In this document: piece by piece, positions 62,543 through 64,000 of the stretch
Layout of the letters: every line of letters begins with the position of its first letter
Position numbering within the stretch: position 1 is the first letter of the stretch
Source of the DNA: Paraspadella gotoi
Lineage: Eukaryota > Animalia > Chaetognatha
Assembly (NCBI GenBank): GCA_051294375.1
Contig: CM119267.1
Location: 23,584,257-23,648,256, forward strand
Direction: 5' to 3'
DNA length: 64,000 bases
The notes under the pieces: generated by a model
Database searches by the model: none
What the model was told of the DNA's origin: nothing
The model's input: only the letters and a program-made list of their open reading frames with translations
Program-made: the position numbers and the translations under genes

Positions 62543-64000
62543 TCTCTCTTTTCATGCCGTTTGAAGATAGAGAGGACCCATGAAGACTAATCAAGCGTAG
62601 ATGATTGCATTAAGCATGACCGAACAAGGGGCGGTCCGTGGGGAGAGAGAGAGAGAATGGGAGAGGGAGAGGGGGAGGGAGAGAGAGAGAGAGGGGGAGG
62701 GATATAGAGGGGATAGAGCGAGGTAGAGAGGAAAGAAGAGAGAATAAAGAGGAAAAAAGTGAGGATAAGAGAAGAAAAAGGCGGATAGAATAGACGTACG
62801 TATAATACGTACGTATTACTATTATAGCATTTTTTCATCTGTGATTATAGAAAAAAAAGTTATGTAAATGTATAAGAGCGTCGACATAAATATACATGTA
62901 ATTTTTGTAAATCGCTTTCAAGGGCTTAAACTGAACTGTTACTGCGGTATTAATAATATGTTTTTTAACTTGTATCTTTTTTTTAATTTGTATCATTTGT
63001 ATCATTGTTTTTATCTTTTTTTAAATTTGTATCATTGTTTTAATTTACATCATTCTTTTCACTTGTATATTTTTTTAATTTGCATAATTTTTGTTAATTT
63101 GCATCATTGTTTTTAACTTGCATCATTTTTTTCTCTTGCAAATTTTTTTTTAACTTGCATGTGGATAAGGTGCTGCGTGAGCTAAAGATGACTGTCTGTA
63201 ACTTCTATAACCCCCTCTAGCAGCCATAAGGCTTGGAACCAGGCTTGAGGGTTTTGTATAATACTCTCTCTTAGCTTTTAGACGATATTTTAATCTTTTT
63301 GAAATTCTTTAATATACTGCTTTTTGGAAATACTCATTTATAGTATAATAATGCTTCTGGCAAGGTGTACATTGCATTTTGGTTTAAAATAATTTGAAGT
63401 AAGCAGGTAAGGTTCGGGTAACTTACTGTTTTGGTTTAATTTTTACTAAAACTTATTTTTATCAAAAAAATTATTAATAATATTATCATATAATTAAGTT
63501 AATCATGTAAGATTTCGGAATACATAATAAAAGGGTCAAAACGGTAAGAAATACATAAAGTATTTGACGATTAAGGCGTAAATGATTTGAAAACATCCAC
63601 AACGCCCTGTCGTTGTTTAAAATTTGTTATTGTTTTACTGCATATGAAAGTAAAAAGACAGAAAAATATTTTGGCACCCATTTTATTATTGTATCTCAAA
63701 TCGTTCAAACAAATAATACAAATAATATATAGTATGAGTTGGTCAGAAGAACAGATGGACTTCTAAAACTCTCTAATAACGAGAGTTCATAAATTGGCCT
63801 ATAATTAAGGCGAGATATTGATTTATTTCTGCTTCTTTGTGTACCAAGCAAAGAAAACAGAAAAATAAACTTTGTACTTTGAATATGATTCGGTGAAAAA
63901 TTTTGCATCACAGCATGAACAAGTTTTGTGCTTATCAAGAGCATCATTTACAAATCTATATTAAATTTTTATTAAAATAATTAAATCCTACCTAGTGTAA

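Overview
Eukaryotic, intron-containing DNA from a draft assembly, probably an invertebrate animal (organism not identifiable from sequence alone). It is AT-rich, saturated with (GA/CT)n, (GAC/GTC)n, (GAT)n and (GAAAA)n microsatellites, and has many N gaps. Almost all ORFs in the supplied track are microsatellite or N-gap artefacts. By hand-splicing I recover one convincing gene on the + strand (about 46154-56219, about 16 GT-AG exons, roughly 1,200-1,250 aa). It encodes a secreted large-lipid-transfer-protein (vitellogenin/MTP-N-like) protein with four furin-type sites, poly-Ser/poly-Asp tracts and, unusually, a C-terminal SUEL/rhamnose-binding-type lectin domain rather than a VWD domain. Its 3' part recurs in a 5.74-kb tandem duplication (52780-58520 / 58521-end). 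Intron 3 carries a highly structured ~430-bp insert. Three blocks (1-1629, ~3060-5886, ~35625-45550) look like natural DNA, and the second shows GT-AG exons, only when read as the complement without reversal, which is most likely an assembly bug hiding real genes. Several duplications next to 25-N gaps and a 5-kb garbled stretch also look like gap-filling artefacts. No rRNA, intact tRNA or CRISPR array was found. All family assignments come from motif recognition, not database searches.
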